Shown in pieces: positions 8,654 to 18,493 of a stretch of 27,133 bases of DNA (positions within the stretch are counted from its first letter, which is position 1; every line of letters starts with the position of its first letter). Where the stretch lies: assembly GCA_043778225.1 (NCBI GenBank), contig JAYWGM010000042.1, positions 1 through 27,133 of the forward strand, read 5' to 3'. The notes below the pieces were generated by a model. It was given only the letters and a program-made list of their open reading frames with translations, did not search any database and had not been told where the DNA came from. The DNA comes from Deinococcales bacterium (GTDB lineage Bacteria; Deinococcota; Deinococci; Deinococcales; JAAFIG01). Both the position numbers and the translations under genes were made by a program.

Positions 8654-9301
8654 ATGAATAATTTACAAAAAATAGGTGGCATTGCAGCACTTGTCAACGC
8701 CTTTGCCTATGTTGTTGGTTTTGGAATGGTTGCAACCTTACTCGCTCCAATTACGGAGGCTAAACCCGAGCAATACTTGGCATTTATGGTCAATAATCAA
8801 CTGCTGATGGTTATTTGGAACATCATTATTTACCTCATGACCGGTGTTTTTATCGTTCCTTTGGCATTGGCACTTCATGCACGATTAAACAATAAGACCT
8901 TGGCATGGACGCAAATCACAACCGCTTTTGGTCTGATTTGGGCAACCACGATTATTTGTAGTGGCATGGTGATTATTAACAACATCGGTATCGTTGCTCA
9001 TCTGTACAGCCAAGACCCAACTCGAGCCACGACTGTTTTTTTAGCTTTAACGGCAATAGAAAAAGGCTTAGGTGGTGCAATAGAACTTCCGGGCGGTTTA
9101 TGGATTCTCTTGGTCAGTTGGACGGCTTTACCAACAAATAAGCTGCCTAAATTTCTAAATTATCTGGGCATGGTAATTGGCGTGTCGGGGATTCTGACTG
9201 TTTTACCTTTTCTCAGCCAAGCCGCCTACGTTTTTGGCTTGGCTGCGATTCTTTGGTTTATCTGGGTCGGTATAACCATGTTGCGCGGTCCGACTTCGTA
9301 A
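8654..9301 (+). CDS. Multi-pass membrane protein (DUF4386-like)
   Basis: CAGGAGG RBS before ATG 8654; about 6 TM segments; LQKIGGIAAL...LALHARL...GGLWILLVS...LPKFLNYLG...WFIWVG pattern. Confidence 0.75.
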   Translation: MNNLQKIGGIAALVNAFAYVVGFGMVATLLAPITEAKPEQYLAFMVNNQLLMVIWNIIIYLMTGVFIVPLALALHARLNNKTLAWTQITTAFGLIWATTIICSGMVIINNIGIVAHLYSQDPTRATTVFLALTAIEKGLGGAIELPGGLWILLVSWTALPTNKLPKFLNYLGMVIGVSGILTVLPFLSQAAYVFGLAAILWFIWVGITMLRGPTS

Positions 9302-9302
9302 C

Positions 9303-10130
9303 TCAGGCTTGCAAAATCCGTGTGGCTCGAGCTTCGCGCCTAAGCTGCAAGCCAACACACACCACGCCACAGAGCAGCACTAACCACAAATACAATTGCG
9401 GCAGACCAAACACCAAAAAAAGCCCAAGCAACAATAGCTGGGTGCTGAGTTCGAGGTTCGCCAAAACAAATAGGCTACTCGCTTCGTGGTACTCGAGCCG
9501 AGCCGCTTCTCGAGCCGCCGCGTTTGGGTGTTTGATGTAAAGCGCTTGAAAACGTCGCTCGCAAAAATTCCGAATCAGGTTGTCTTGTGGCTTAAAAATG
9601 ACCGCATAAAATTGCTCGAGCAAGCGCAACACCACTTGGTTTTCTTGGCTGGTATCTGGGGCTGGACGAAAGTATTCTTTTCGCTCGAGTCGGTAGAGGT
9701 ATTCCCAGTTAAAATCTAAACTGAGCATCAGGGTAAAAACAACAAAAGCAAAAAGTGCCAGTATCCATTGCCCAGTCAACCAGCCCAAGCCAGCAAAAAG
9801 CGCACTATTGACTATAAAATCGCCCTCGGTATCAGCATAGCGCCCGATTTCCGAGACCATCCCAGAGGCTCTTGCCAATTGCCCGTCGGCGTTGTCTAAA
9901 ACAGTTTTGATTTGAATCAGCCAAGCCGCCCAAATCAAATCACCCCGAGCGATCAAAATACCAGCCACCACCCCAAGAATGGTATGAAAAATTACCAAAT
10001 TGGTTGGCGCAACCTTTAGAGGCAACAACACCAAAACCACCAAGTGGGCTAATTTACGAAAACCATACTCCGAGACATACTCAACTCGAGGACGGGGTTT
10101 TAGGGATTTTTGAAAAGTGTTTTCGGACAC
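9303..10130 (-). CDS. CDP-alcohol phosphatidyltransferase family protein
   Basis: Signature LDNADGQLARASGMVSEIGRYADTEGD (DxxDGxxARxxxxxxxxGxxxDxxxD); TM helices; GTG start 6 nt after TAGACT. Confidence 0.88.
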   Translation of the reverse strand: MSENTFQKSLKPRPRVEYVSEYGFRKLAHLVVLVLLPLKVAPTNLVIFHTILGVVAGILIARGDLIWAAWLIQIKTVLDNADGQLARASGMVSEIGRYADTEGDFIVNSALFAGLGWLTGQWILALFAFVVFTLMLSLDFNWEYLYRLERKEYFRPAPDTSQENQVVLRLLEQFYAVIFKPQDNLIRNFCERRFQALYIKHPNAAAREAARLEYHEASSLFVLANLELSTQLLLLGLFLVFGLPQLYLWLVLLCGVVCVGLQLRREARATRILQA

Positions 10131-10179
10131 TCGAGCAGTCTACTGCTGACAAAAGCCAGACAAAGTAAGCCAGTTAGCC

Positions 10180-10209
10180 AAAGAAAAACGAGGGCTGTTA
10201 GCCCTCGTT
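10180..10209 (-). terminator. Rho-independent terminator of the SodC-like gene
   Basis: Stem AACGAGGGCT/AGCCCTCGTT with a T-run on the minus strand. Confidence 0.75.
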
Positions 10210-10224
10210 CTCGAGTTGTGATTT

Positions 10225-10674
10225 TCAGAAGGTAGTGGTGCTGACATCGGCGCAAAGTGGCACAACAGCCAAAGCTGCTTTTTCGTGAACATTGATATAA
10301 ACACCGAGGTCGGCAATGGTGGTGGCAGTGGTGCTGGAATTGGTGAAGGTGGCTTTGCCAGTTGCATCGCTGGTGACAGTCACAGCGTAATCTGTTTTGA
10401 TTGCACCAGCAGAGTCACAAGGGGTGGTGCTGGCTGTACCTAAGCTGTGGTAATGCGCCACATATTCGGTGCTATTTTTTAAGCCACTCAAGGTCAGGGT
10501 TGTCTTGATTCCACCACTCGAGATTTTCTCGATGCTGGCTGTACCAGCCTGGGCGGTATAACCCGTTTGGGTGCGGGCAGCGAAATTGACGGTTTTGACG
10601 ACTGGATTTGGGGTGTTGCAACTGACCAAGCCAAATGCCGAGACTGCTGCGAATAAAATAAATTTGGTATTCAT
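10225..10674 (-). CDS. SodC (Cu/Zn SOD)-like or CHRD-like lipoprotein
   Basis: AGGAGG RBS; lipobox LVSC; LTLSGL...YVAHYH...PCDSAG...SDATGKA...YINVH...LCAD follows the SodC fold pattern. Confidence 0.65.
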   Translation of the reverse strand: MNTKFILFAAVSAFGLVSCNTPNPVVKTVNFAARTQTGYTAQAGTASIEKISSGGIKTTLTLSGLKNSTEYVAHYHSLGTASTTPCDSAGAIKTDYAVTVTSDATGKATFTNSSTTATTIADLGVYINVHEKAALAVVPLCADVSTTTF

Positions 10675-10925
10675 TGTCTAGCCTCCTGTTTAACCACTCT
10701 AAATCAAATTTATGGTCTGATTAGAGTACGTGCCTACAGTTATGAATGGATGTTTAACTCGAGTCCAATTGAATTGTAAAGCTGACGTAATCGCTATTGA
10801 CCACTTAAACGAATTTGTACCAACTTTCTTCTCGAGCCAGACGGCACAAACAGATTTACATTGTTCAACACAAATCGTTCAACGCTTCTCGAGCCAACCA
10901 TTTTAGGGATACAATAAGGTTTCTT

Positions 10926-12686
10926 ATGGATGCTCGGGAGCAAATTCGTCAACGTTTGGACATCCGCGAGGTGATTGCGGAATACGTGGCGTTGAAACCT
11001 GCTGGAGCAAACAAATGGAAAGGCTTATCGCCGTTTTCTAAAGAAAAAACCCCAAGTTTTAATGTGGATGTGCTAAAGCAACTCTGGTTTTGCTTTAGCA
11101 CCAAACAAGGCGGCACAGTTTTTGACTTTGTGATGAAAGTCGAGAACATCAGTTTCCGTGAAGCCCTCGAGAAATTGGCTGCCAAGGCTGGTGTGACCCT
11201 CGAGCCACGCAGCCCCTCGGAGTCTGGCAGTAAAAAACGCGATTTATTTGAAGTTAATGCTTTGGCTGCCCAGTTTTTCCAAAGCCAACTCGAAGGGTCA
11301 GAAGCCTTTGGCTACCTCGAGAAACGCGGCGTGAGTACAGCCAGCCTCAAAACCTTTGGCTTGGGTTTTGCCCCAAATGCTTACGATGGCTTAATGAAAT
11401 TTGCCAAAGCCCGTGGGGTTGGCGAACGCGAATTGCTCGAGGCTGGGCTGCTTTCCGAAAACGAAAAAGGCAGTATCTATGACCGCTTTCGTAATCGTGT
11501 GATGTTTCCGATTGCCGATTACCTTGGGCGAATTGTGGCTTTTGGTGGGCGGGTTCTGGACGACAGCAAACCCAAATACCTCAACAGCCCAGAAACCGAG
11601 GTTTTCAAAAAAAGCGAAACCCTGTACGGCTTAAACCTTGCCCGTAAGCACATCCAAGAGACTGGCGAAGCCGTGGTCGTCGAAGGTTACATGGATGTGC
11701 TGATGATGCACCAACATGGTCTGGCGGGGGCTGTGGCAAGCCTTGGCACTGCCCTAACCCAAGACCACGCCCACTTGTTGGCTCGCCAAGGCGCAAGACG
11801 GCTGGCAATGATGTTTGATAACGACCCAGCCGGGCAACGCGCTACTTTAGCTGGCTTAGACCAAGAAATTGGCAAACTCTTTTTGGTGCGTGCCGTGGTT
11901 GCCCCAAGTGGCAAAGATGCCGCCGATATTCTGTTGGCTGGCGGTCAAACCGACCTCGAGACAGCCCTAAACGGTGGGATTTCTGAAGTCGAATTTAGGC
12001 TCAATACTGCCCTCGAGAAATACAGCCCCAACACCTTAGATGGCAAACGCAACATTCTGCAAATGCTGTTACCGCGCCTCCGCCCACAGCACGTTTTTGA
12101 CCCCGTGGCGCTCGAGTTACAGCGCTTGGTCATAGACCGCCTGATGCTCGACCAAAAAATGCTCGAGACCTATCTGAATCAAAACCGCCCCAAGCAAACT
12201 TCGCCGCGCCTAGACGATGTGCAAATGCGTGGCATGGCTCGAGGTAACTCTGGCGATGAGTTAAAACTGGCTAAATTTTTAATTCAAAACCCAGCTTTAA
12301 TCGCCAAACTCGATGGCGAAGCTGCCTTTGAAAGCCCACTGGTTGCCGAAGTGATTAGCGTGGCTCGAACCGCCACCAGCACCGAACAGATTTTAGAGCA
12401 TTTTCGTGGACGACCCGAAGCCCATATTTTACTCGAGGGGCTTTTTGTGCCAAACCGCACCACCAACCATTCGTTTATTCCTGGCGAAATGGCATCTGAC
12501 CGTGTTGAATTTGCTGCCACCGAAATATCTTCGCGCAACCGTGAAGAAAGTTTGCGGCTCGAGTTGGCTGGACTCAAAGCCCAGATTCCCAAAGCACCAC
12601 TCGAGCAGCAGATTGTCTTGGCGCGGCAGTGTAGCGAACTACAAAAAGCGGTCGAAGCTGAACGGCGTTTACGAATGCGGAACTGA
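10926..12686 (+). CDS. dnaG: DNA primase
   Basis: EKTPSF N-terminal domain, YDRFRNRVMFPI, AFGGR, PKYLNSPET, VVEGYMDV and FDNDPAG TOPRIM motifs; ATG 10926 after TACAAT. Confidence 0.95.
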   Translation: MDAREQIRQRLDIREVIAEYVALKPAGANKWKGLSPFSKEKTPSFNVDVLKQLWFCFSTKQGGTVFDFVMKVENISFREALEKLAAKAGVTLEPRSPSESGSKKRDLFEVNALAAQFFQSQLEGSEAFGYLEKRGVSTASLKTFGLGFAPNAYDGLMKFAKARGVGERELLEAGLLSENEKGSIYDRFRNRVMFPIADYLGRIVAFGGRVLDDSKPKYLNSPETEVFKKSETLYGLNLARKHIQETGEAVVVEGYMDVLMMHQHGLAGAVASLGTALTQDHAHLLARQGARRLAMMFDNDPAGQRATLAGLDQEIGKLFLVRAVVAPSGKDAADILLAGGQTDLETALNGGISEVEFRLNTALEKYSPNTLDGKRNILQMLLPRLRPQHVFDPVALELQRLVIDRLMLDQKMLETYLNQNRPKQTSPRLDDVQMRGMARGNSGDELKLAKFLIQNPALIAKLDGEAAFESPLVAEVISVARTATSTEQILEHFRGRPEAHILLEGLFVPNRTTNHSFIPGEMASDRVEFAATEISSRNREESLRLELAGLKAQIPKAPLEQQIVLARQCSELQKAVEAERRLRMRN

Positions 12687-12830
12687 AATCGAGTCTGGTC
12701 ACCTCCGTTCAATCAATTTATGATCCCAAGTTTTAACCCTAACCTTAAAATTATGGCGTAAACGATTCAGGAAATGTATCAAATAGACCCTTGCTTGAGA
12801 ACCACTGCCAACCAAGGATAGAATCTTCGT

Positions 12831-13934
12831 GTGCGATTGATTCCCGATGGAACACGGTACTACCCACCCAAAGACGAGACTTGGCGCGAACAATTGCGCG
12901 GCAACCTCGAGCGGGTGCTGCATTTGTGGGGTTTTGACCCTGTGCAAACCCCGTCACTCGAGGTTTTTAACCCAGTTCATCCGTTGGCAGAAAAAGGCTT
13001 TAAGTTGGTAGACCGCGATGGCACAGTTTTAATGCTGCGCGGCGAATACACCACCAGCGTTGCCAATTTGGTGCGTACCCTCCCAGAGCCGACCTATCCT
13101 GTGCGATTACGCTACAGTGGTACACTTTGGGTGCGAACTCGAGATGCTGAATTGGGCAGACAGCGCGAATATACCCAAGTTGGGGCAGAATTACTCGGTG
13201 TCGATACCCCACTGGCAGACTCCGAAATTTTAGCCTTGGCGCTCGAGTGCTTAGACAGTGTGGGTTTTCCCAAAGCTGCTGTAGAAATTGGGCACCCCGG
13301 TTTTGTCAGGGCGGTCTTACAAGCCACACACCTCGAGCCAGACGAAATCCAGAATTTACGCACCGCGATTCACCGCAAAAACGCTCCAGAATTACAAACT
13401 CACCTCGAGACCTACAAAATTACAGGAAAAGTCAAACAAGCCGTGTTGCGTTTAATAGATTTGTACGGCAACGCCAATGTTCTCGAGGAAGCCAAAGAAG
13501 TGGCGATCAACGATGCCGCCAAAGCCGCCCTCGAGAATGTTCGGACGGTCGCAGCCCAGTTGCCACCAGAACGCTTTTTATTTGACCTGGGCATTGCTCG
13601 AGCTTGGGATTATTATACTGGTGTGATTTTTCAGGCATACACCCCAGATTTTGGGCAGCCGCTCTGCGGTGGTGGGCGCTATAACGCAGGTTTGCCCGCC
13701 GTTGGTTTTGCGGTCGGACTCGAGCGCCTGATGACTGCCCTTGGCGAAGCCCCCAGCCTCAAGCCAGCCTATGCCATCAGTCTAAATCCCAGCGCTGCGG
13801 CTGCCTTGCGCCAACAAGGTCAACGAATCATTGCTGCTTGGACAAGCAATCAAAGCGAACTTTTAGAAGCTGCCAAAGCATGGGGTGTTCAATGCCTGAT
13901 TCTCGAGGACGGAACAAAAATGGACATCCTATGA
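12831..13934 (+). CDS. hisZ: ATP phosphoribosyltransferase regulatory subunit
   Basis: HisRS-like IPDGTR, LR.EYTT, REYTQVGAELLG, FDLG...YYTG..F, GGGRY, AVGFAVGLERL; ATGA overlap with the short hisG. Confidence 0.92.
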   Translation: MRLIPDGTRYYPPKDETWREQLRGNLERVLHLWGFDPVQTPSLEVFNPVHPLAEKGFKLVDRDGTVLMLRGEYTTSVANLVRTLPEPTYPVRLRYSGTLWVRTRDAELGRQREYTQVGAELLGVDTPLADSEILALALECLDSVGFPKAAVEIGHPGFVRAVLQATHLEPDEIQNLRTAIHRKNAPELQTHLETYKITGKVKQAVLRLIDLYGNANVLEEAKEVAINDAAKAALENVRTVAAQLPPERFLFDLGIARAWDYYTGVIFQAYTPDFGQPLCGGGRYNAGLPAVGFAVGLERLMTALGEAPSLKPAYAISLNPSAAAALRQQGQRIIAAWTSNQSELLEAAKAWGVQCLILEDGTKMDIL

Positions 13935-14548
13935 TCCAAAACCCAAAGCTCACTATTGCCATTCCAAGTGGCGAGCGCAGTAAAAAATTTGCTTTGCAAT
14001 GCTTACGAAAGGCGGGTCTCGAGATTCCAGACTTGGATGATTCACGCAGTTTACGTTTTGAATTTACTGATTTGGCATTACTGCTGGTCAAAGACCCCGA
14101 TGTGCCAGTCTATGTGGATGTGGGTGCTGCCGATTGTGGGGTGGTCGGTCTGGACTGGATTCTCGAGGCTGGGCGCGATAACTACGAACCTGTGGATTTG
14201 GGCGGTAACGCCTACCGTTTTAGCTTGATTACTTTGGCGGGCAGCAGCCCCCGAATCGAGCGGGTCGCTACCAAGTACCCTCGAGCCACCCAAGATTTTC
14301 TGCGCCAACGTGGCATGACCGCCGATGTTCTGCCACTCAACGGCAAAATCGAACTGGCGGCTTTGACCGGTTTAGCCGATGCGATTGTCGATATTGTTGA
14401 AACGGGGCGCACCTTAACCGAGAATGGTTTGGTCGAGCGCGAACGATTGCTCGAGTTAAGTACCCGCTTTATTGTCAATCGAGCCGCCCTAAAACTCAAA
14501 GCCGAGCGCTTACGTGAATTGATTCATCGTCTCGAGCAAATGAAATAA
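13931..14548 (+). CDS. hisG: ATP phosphoribosyltransferase, short form
   Basis: [29 protein letters not shown]...[20 protein letters not shown]; about 205 aa. Confidence 0.92.
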   Translation: MIQNPKLTIAIPSGERSKKFALQCLRKAGLEIPDLDDSRSLRFEFTDLALLLVKDPDVPVYVDVGAADCGVVGLDWILEAGRDNYEPVDLGGNAYRFSLITLAGSSPRIERVATKYPRATQDFLRQRGMTADVLPLNGKIELAALTGLADAIVDIVETGRTLTENGLVERERLLELSTRFIVNRAALKLKAERLRELIHRLEQMK

Positions 14549-14562
14549 GCTACACTAAGCCC

Positions 14563-15315
14563 ATGACCCTACAAAATAAAGTGATTCTACTGACTGGCGC
14601 GGCTGGCGAAATCGGTGCGGCAACCGCCAGACTTCTGGCATCTCGAGGCGCAAAGTTGGTGCTGACCGACATGAAACTACCAGCCCTTGAGGCACTGGGC
14701 ATCGAAGGGGCGCTGCTTTTGGAACACAATGTCACCCAAGAAGCCGATTGGCTGCGGGTCATGGCGAGTACCAAAGAACATTTTGGCGGATTGCATGGTT
14801 TGGTCAATAACGCTGGCATTGGTGGCACACCCGGCAGCGTTATAAGCTATCCGCTCGAGGCATTCGAGCAAGTCATGGCTGTCAATGTCACGGGTGTTTT
14901 TTTGGGCATGAAACACGGCATTAAACTGATGCTCGAGCAGCGTGAGGGCAGTGTCGTCAATATCTCGAGTGTGGCTGGGGTGATTGGTTCGCCAGGCATG
15001 ATTGCCTACAATGCTGCCAAACACGCGGTCATTGGTTTAACCCGAGGCGCTTCGGCAGAATTTGGTCGTAAAGGCATTCGGGTCAACAGCGTCAATCCGG
15101 GTCCGCTCGACTCGAGTATGATGCGTGGCTACGACGAAAGCCTTAAACCCGGTGAAGGTGCGACGGTACGCCAAAATCTCGAGCGAGGCATTCCTTTGCG
15201 GCGCTACGGCAAACCATCTGAAATCGCGCCTGTGATTGCCTTTTTATTGTCCGATGAAGCCAGTTTTGTAACGGGGTCGGTTTACCTCGCCGATGGTGGT
15301 CTGCATTCGGTGTAA
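14563..15315 (+). CDS. SDR family oxidoreductase
   Basis: [25 protein letters not shown] (YxxxK), [12 protein letters not shown]. Confidence 0.93.
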   Translation: MTLQNKVILLTGAAGEIGAATARLLASRGAKLVLTDMKLPALEALGIEGALLLEHNVTQEADWLRVMASTKEHFGGLHGLVNNAGIGGTPGSVISYPLEAFEQVMAVNVTGVFLGMKHGIKLMLEQREGSVVNISSVAGVIGSPGMIAYNAAKHAVIGLTRGASAEFGRKGIRVNSVNPGPLDSSMMRGYDESLKPGEGATVRQNLERGIPLRRYGKPSEIAPVIAFLLSDEASFVTGSVYLADGGLHSV

Positions 15316-15387
15316 AAAACAAGGAGGAAAGTAAAAAGAGAAAAGTACAGTTGTTTCCTCTTTTCTCCTTCCTCTTTCTCTTTCTCT
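15316..15387. repeat. Purine-rich/pyrimidine-rich degenerate inverted repeat between convergent genes; probable bidirectional terminator
   Basis: AAGGAGGAAAGTAAAAAGAGAAAAG followed by TTTCCTCTTTTCTCCTTCCTCTTTCTC. Confidence 0.5.
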
Positions 15388-15978
15388 CTATTTGCTTTTA
15401 GCCAGTCGCTCGAGAACCAGTTTAGAGACAGCCCTTAAAGTTTCAAAAACCCCACCACCAATGTGTGCCGAGCCTTCATGGCATTGAAACTGCGAAGTGG
15501 GGTCTACGACTGCCCTGAGCATATCCATTGGCATCGCGTCGGGCAGGTCGCGCTTATTAAACTGAATCACCATTGGGACTTCATCGAGCGACAGATTGTA
15601 TTCCTGCAAATTCTCGCGCAGGTTTCGCATACTCTCGGCGTTGGCTCGTAAACGATTTGGGGCGCTGTCAGCAACAAAAATAATCCCATCCACGCCGCGC
15701 AGAATCAGTTTTCGGCTGGCATTGTAAAAAACTTGTCCGGGAACAGTGTACAAATGAAAACGGGTCTTAAAACCTTGAACTGTGCCAAGGTCTATGGGTA
15801 AAAAATCAAAAAACAAGGTGCGCTCATCTTCGGTGGCAAGCGAAACCATTTCGCCTTTGACCGTATCTGGCACTTGTTGATAAATCCATTTAAGGTTGGT
15901 GGTTTTTCCTGCCACACCAGGTCCGTAATAGACAATTTTACAATTGATTTCTCGAGCCGCGAAGTTAATGGTACTCAC
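15388..15978 (-). CDS. mglA: MglA small GTPase
   Basis: [64 protein letters not shown]. Confidence 0.95.
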   Translation of the reverse strand: MSTINFAAREINCKIVYYGPGVAGKTTNLKWIYQQVPDTVKGEMVSLATEDERTLFFDFLPIDLGTVQGFKTRFHLYTVPGQVFYNASRKLILRGVDGIIFVADSAPNRLRANAESMRNLRENLQEYNLSLDEVPMVIQFNKRDLPDAMPMDMLRAVVDPTSQFQCHEGSAHIGGGVFETLRAVSKLVLERLAKSK

Positions 15979-15997
15979 ATTGTCACCTTATTCATGA

Positions 15998-16495
15998 TTA
16001 GTTGCTCTTAAAGAGGTCATCCAAAAGCGCACCGGCACTCAAGGCAAAATCTGCGCCCAAGTTCATGTCCATGTCGGGCATTGGCTCGAGGTTTTCGATA
16101 ATATCGGCAATGTCTTTAATCGCGGTCTTGGCATAAAGTTTAACCCGCCCAATCGGCGCGGTTTCATCAAAAATCACAACCAACAAGGCTTCGGACTGAA
16201 TTTCTTCGACATATAAGCCAATTCGTTCGCCCTGATGCACAAGCTCGTTAAAGCGCCGTTCGCCCAACAGTTTTGCCAGTGCGCCAGTCGCGGCGGCATT
16301 GCCGGCAATCAGGGTCGCAATGCTGTCTAGGGCTGGGGGCTTAGGTGCCCAAAGTGCTTCTTTGTGCGCCAAAACAAACCCTCGGCGGTCAACCAACATC
16401 GCATAACGCACATGGGCTTTATTCAGCATCTCGTCTAGAGAGGCGTTGACTTTGTTAAAAGATTCGCCGTATAAGGCGATACTCGGCTCAATCAT
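15998..16495 (-). CDS. mglB: MglB roadblock/LC7 GTPase-activating protein
   Basis: MIEPSIALYG...LVDRRGFVLAHKEALWAPKPP.LDSIATLIAGNAAAT.ALAKLLGE.RF, which closely resembles Thermus MglB; directly upstream of mglA. Confidence 0.92.
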   Translation of the reverse strand: MIEPSIALYGESFNKVNASLDEMLNKAHVRYAMLVDRRGFVLAHKEALWAPKPPALDSIATLIAGNAAATGALAKLLGERRFNELVHQGERIGLYVEEIQSEALLVVIFDETAPIGRVKLYAKTAIKDIADIIENLEPMPDMDMNLGADFALSAGALLDDLFKSN

Positions 16496-16586
16496 AACCA
16501 TGAGTATACGGCACGTCTGTACAAATTGCCACGAAAACCCGACATGGTACAGAATAAACAAACATTGATGGCGTAAAATGGTCAGT

Positions 16587-18290
16587 ATGAAACGCTTTTT
16601 GGCACTGCTAACCCTGACCTCGAGTGCCTATGCCACACCTATTTTCTTAAACGACCGACCACTTGAGCCACCGCTCGAGACTCGAGTCGATTTGGACAGC
16701 ACCCCACTCGAGAGCGCCCTTGATGAGCGTTTGCCTTTGGCGGTGCTTGAGCGTTTTGGAGTGGTGGTGCAGACTTCAAGCCTTGATGGCAAAATTCGGA
16801 TGCAGACCGAGGAGATACAAGAAGAGCAAACTATCGTCAAGTCAAGGCTCGAGTGGCAGCCCGAAAAAGGCTGGGTCAATGCAACTGGCGAAGTCTTGCA
16901 GGGCTGGAATGCGCCAGCCACCAAAGATGGCACAACCTATGTCCCCGTTAAATGTTTACAAGCGCTTGGCTTTACACTTGAGGTTCTCGAGACAGGCATA
17001 CAAGTTCGCAGCGAAGCCAACACCCTACCAACGGGTGGCTTAAATCAAATTCTCGAGCTTCGCAGCCTCAAAGGGCGCAACAGCCGCGTGACTTTAGGAT
17101 TGGCGCGAACAGCAGAATTCTTTGTTCTCGAGAAAACCGCCACTCAATTTAAGCTCAAATTGCCCAACACAGTCACACAGCCACGTTTTCAGGCGGTGGG
17201 TTCAGAAAGCCTTTCTCGGGTACGGGTGCTGCGGTTGGGCAACGATTCGATTTTAGAAGCCGAATTGCCACGCGGTTCAAAACTCGAGGTCAGTGCCAAC
17301 GGCAAAGAAGTCTTTGTGGACAGTTCGGATTTGGTGGCTGCGCCTGTTCCCTTGCCGGGGGAATTGCCCAACGGTGTGACTTATACGGTTACGCCATTTG
17401 GTGCAAGTAAACTGCATTTATTGCGGCTCGAGGCTGCCAAGTACCGCCCAGAGGTTGTGACTGCCCCGTGGGGTGGGGCAAAAAGCCTGCTTGAGTTTGC
17501 CGATGGCGCAGTCGCAGCCGTCAATGGTGGCTACTTTGACCCTGCCAGTATGCAGGCGGTGGATTTATTGTTTAACGGTTCAATCCAAGCCTATTCGCGT
17601 GGCAACCGTGCCACGATTGGTTTTTTAGACAACAGCACCTTGTTTGGAATTCCCAAAGCCAGATTGGTTTTGAATCTTGGGGCAACCGTTGCCAATGTCA
17701 ATCAGATTCGCCCTAGCCCGCACCCGCAGAATCTCACTTTTTTTATCGGTGATGGTTTTGTGCCAGTTGGCGGTTTGGGGTTTACGACTTTGGTGATTGC
17801 CAACGGTCTGGTTCTCGAGCGCCACGAGGCTGGTTTTGTGCCTAAAATAGGGCAACTGACCGTTTCGTTTAATCCAAAAACAAATCCAAGTTTTGAGCGA
17901 AAAATTGGCGACCCCGCCAGCCTAAATTTAACCTGGAGCGACCCTGCTTGGGCAAATGTCGGGAGTGGGCTGGCGGCTGGACCACGTTTAATTGCCAACG
18001 GAGTCTTTGCAGTCAATCCACAAGCCGAGGGCTTTGACCCAACTGGCGAGATTTGGCGACCAACCCGCCAAGTTGGTATCGGTATAGACAACAACAATAA
18101 TTATGTGCTGGCAATGCTCGAGTTTGGCTCGCCCGAAGATTTTGCTAGAGCGCTGCTGGCTCAGGGCTTGCGCGAAGCCATGCGCTTAGACAGTGGCACA
18201 AGCGCTCAGTTGGTGCTGGCTGGCGGGGCGGTGGCGGGGCGAGTTGGACGGTCTGTGCCGAATGCACTGGTTTTTAAGGCTCGAGAATAA
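16587..18290 (+). CDS. Secreted phosphodiester glycosidase (NAGPA-like) family protein
   Basis: Signal peptide; AVAAVNGGYF, AAGPRLI, PTRQVGIG, AMRLDSGTS (LDGGGS variant), RSVPNALV. Confidence 0.82.
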   Translation: MKRFLALLTLTSSAYATPIFLNDRPLEPPLETRVDLDSTPLESALDERLPLAVLERFGVVVQTSSLDGKIRMQTEEIQEEQTIVKSRLEWQPEKGWVNATGEVLQGWNAPATKDGTTYVPVKCLQALGFTLEVLETGIQVRSEANTLPTGGLNQILELRSLKGRNSRVTLGLARTAEFFVLEKTATQFKLKLPNTVTQPRFQAVGSESLSRVRVLRLGNDSILEAELPRGSKLEVSANGKEVFVDSSDLVAAPVPLPGELPNGVTYTVTPFGASKLHLLRLEAAKYRPEVVTAPWGGAKSLLEFADGAVAAVNGGYFDPASMQAVDLLFNGSIQAYSRGNRATIGFLDNSTLFGIPKARLVLNLGATVANVNQIRPSPHPQNLTFFIGDGFVPVGGLGFTTLVIANGLVLERHEAGFVPKIGQLTVSFNPKTNPSFERKIGDPASLNLTWSDPAWANVGSGLAAGPRLIANGVFAVNPQAEGFDPTGEIWRPTRQVGIGIDNNNNYVLAMLEFGSPEDFARALLAQGLREAMRLDSGTSAQLVLAGGAVAGRVGRSVPNALVFKARE

Positions 18291-18493
18291 GTATTTTTAC
18301 TCTCAGAGACAACAAAAACCCATTAAAGTCAGCTTGTTGTTCCAATCGCCAACAAGTGTAAGCAAGGTCGTACTGGACAACTACAATCTGCCTAAAAATA
18401 AAAACGGGTTTTTTGTAATAAACTCCATCAAAAAATTTGCTAAAATGCTTGTACTCGAAAGTGTGACATTCCGCTCGAGTTGGAGGACTGAAT

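Noticed and set aside
10675..10925. Longer dnaG start at 10815, or a hidden gene or RNA in this intergenic region
   Set aside because: Primase homology begins at 10926 after TACAAT; I found no convincing ORF or structure, only short CTCGAG-anchored direct repeats.
12687..12830. His attenuator upstream of hisZG
   Set aside because: There is no His codon run, and hisZ appears to be leaderless.
13949..13990. HisG inactivation suggested by AIPSGER replacing ALPKGR
   Set aside because: The PRPP-binding and other motifs are intact and the gene is coupled to hisZ; this is probably ordinary divergence.
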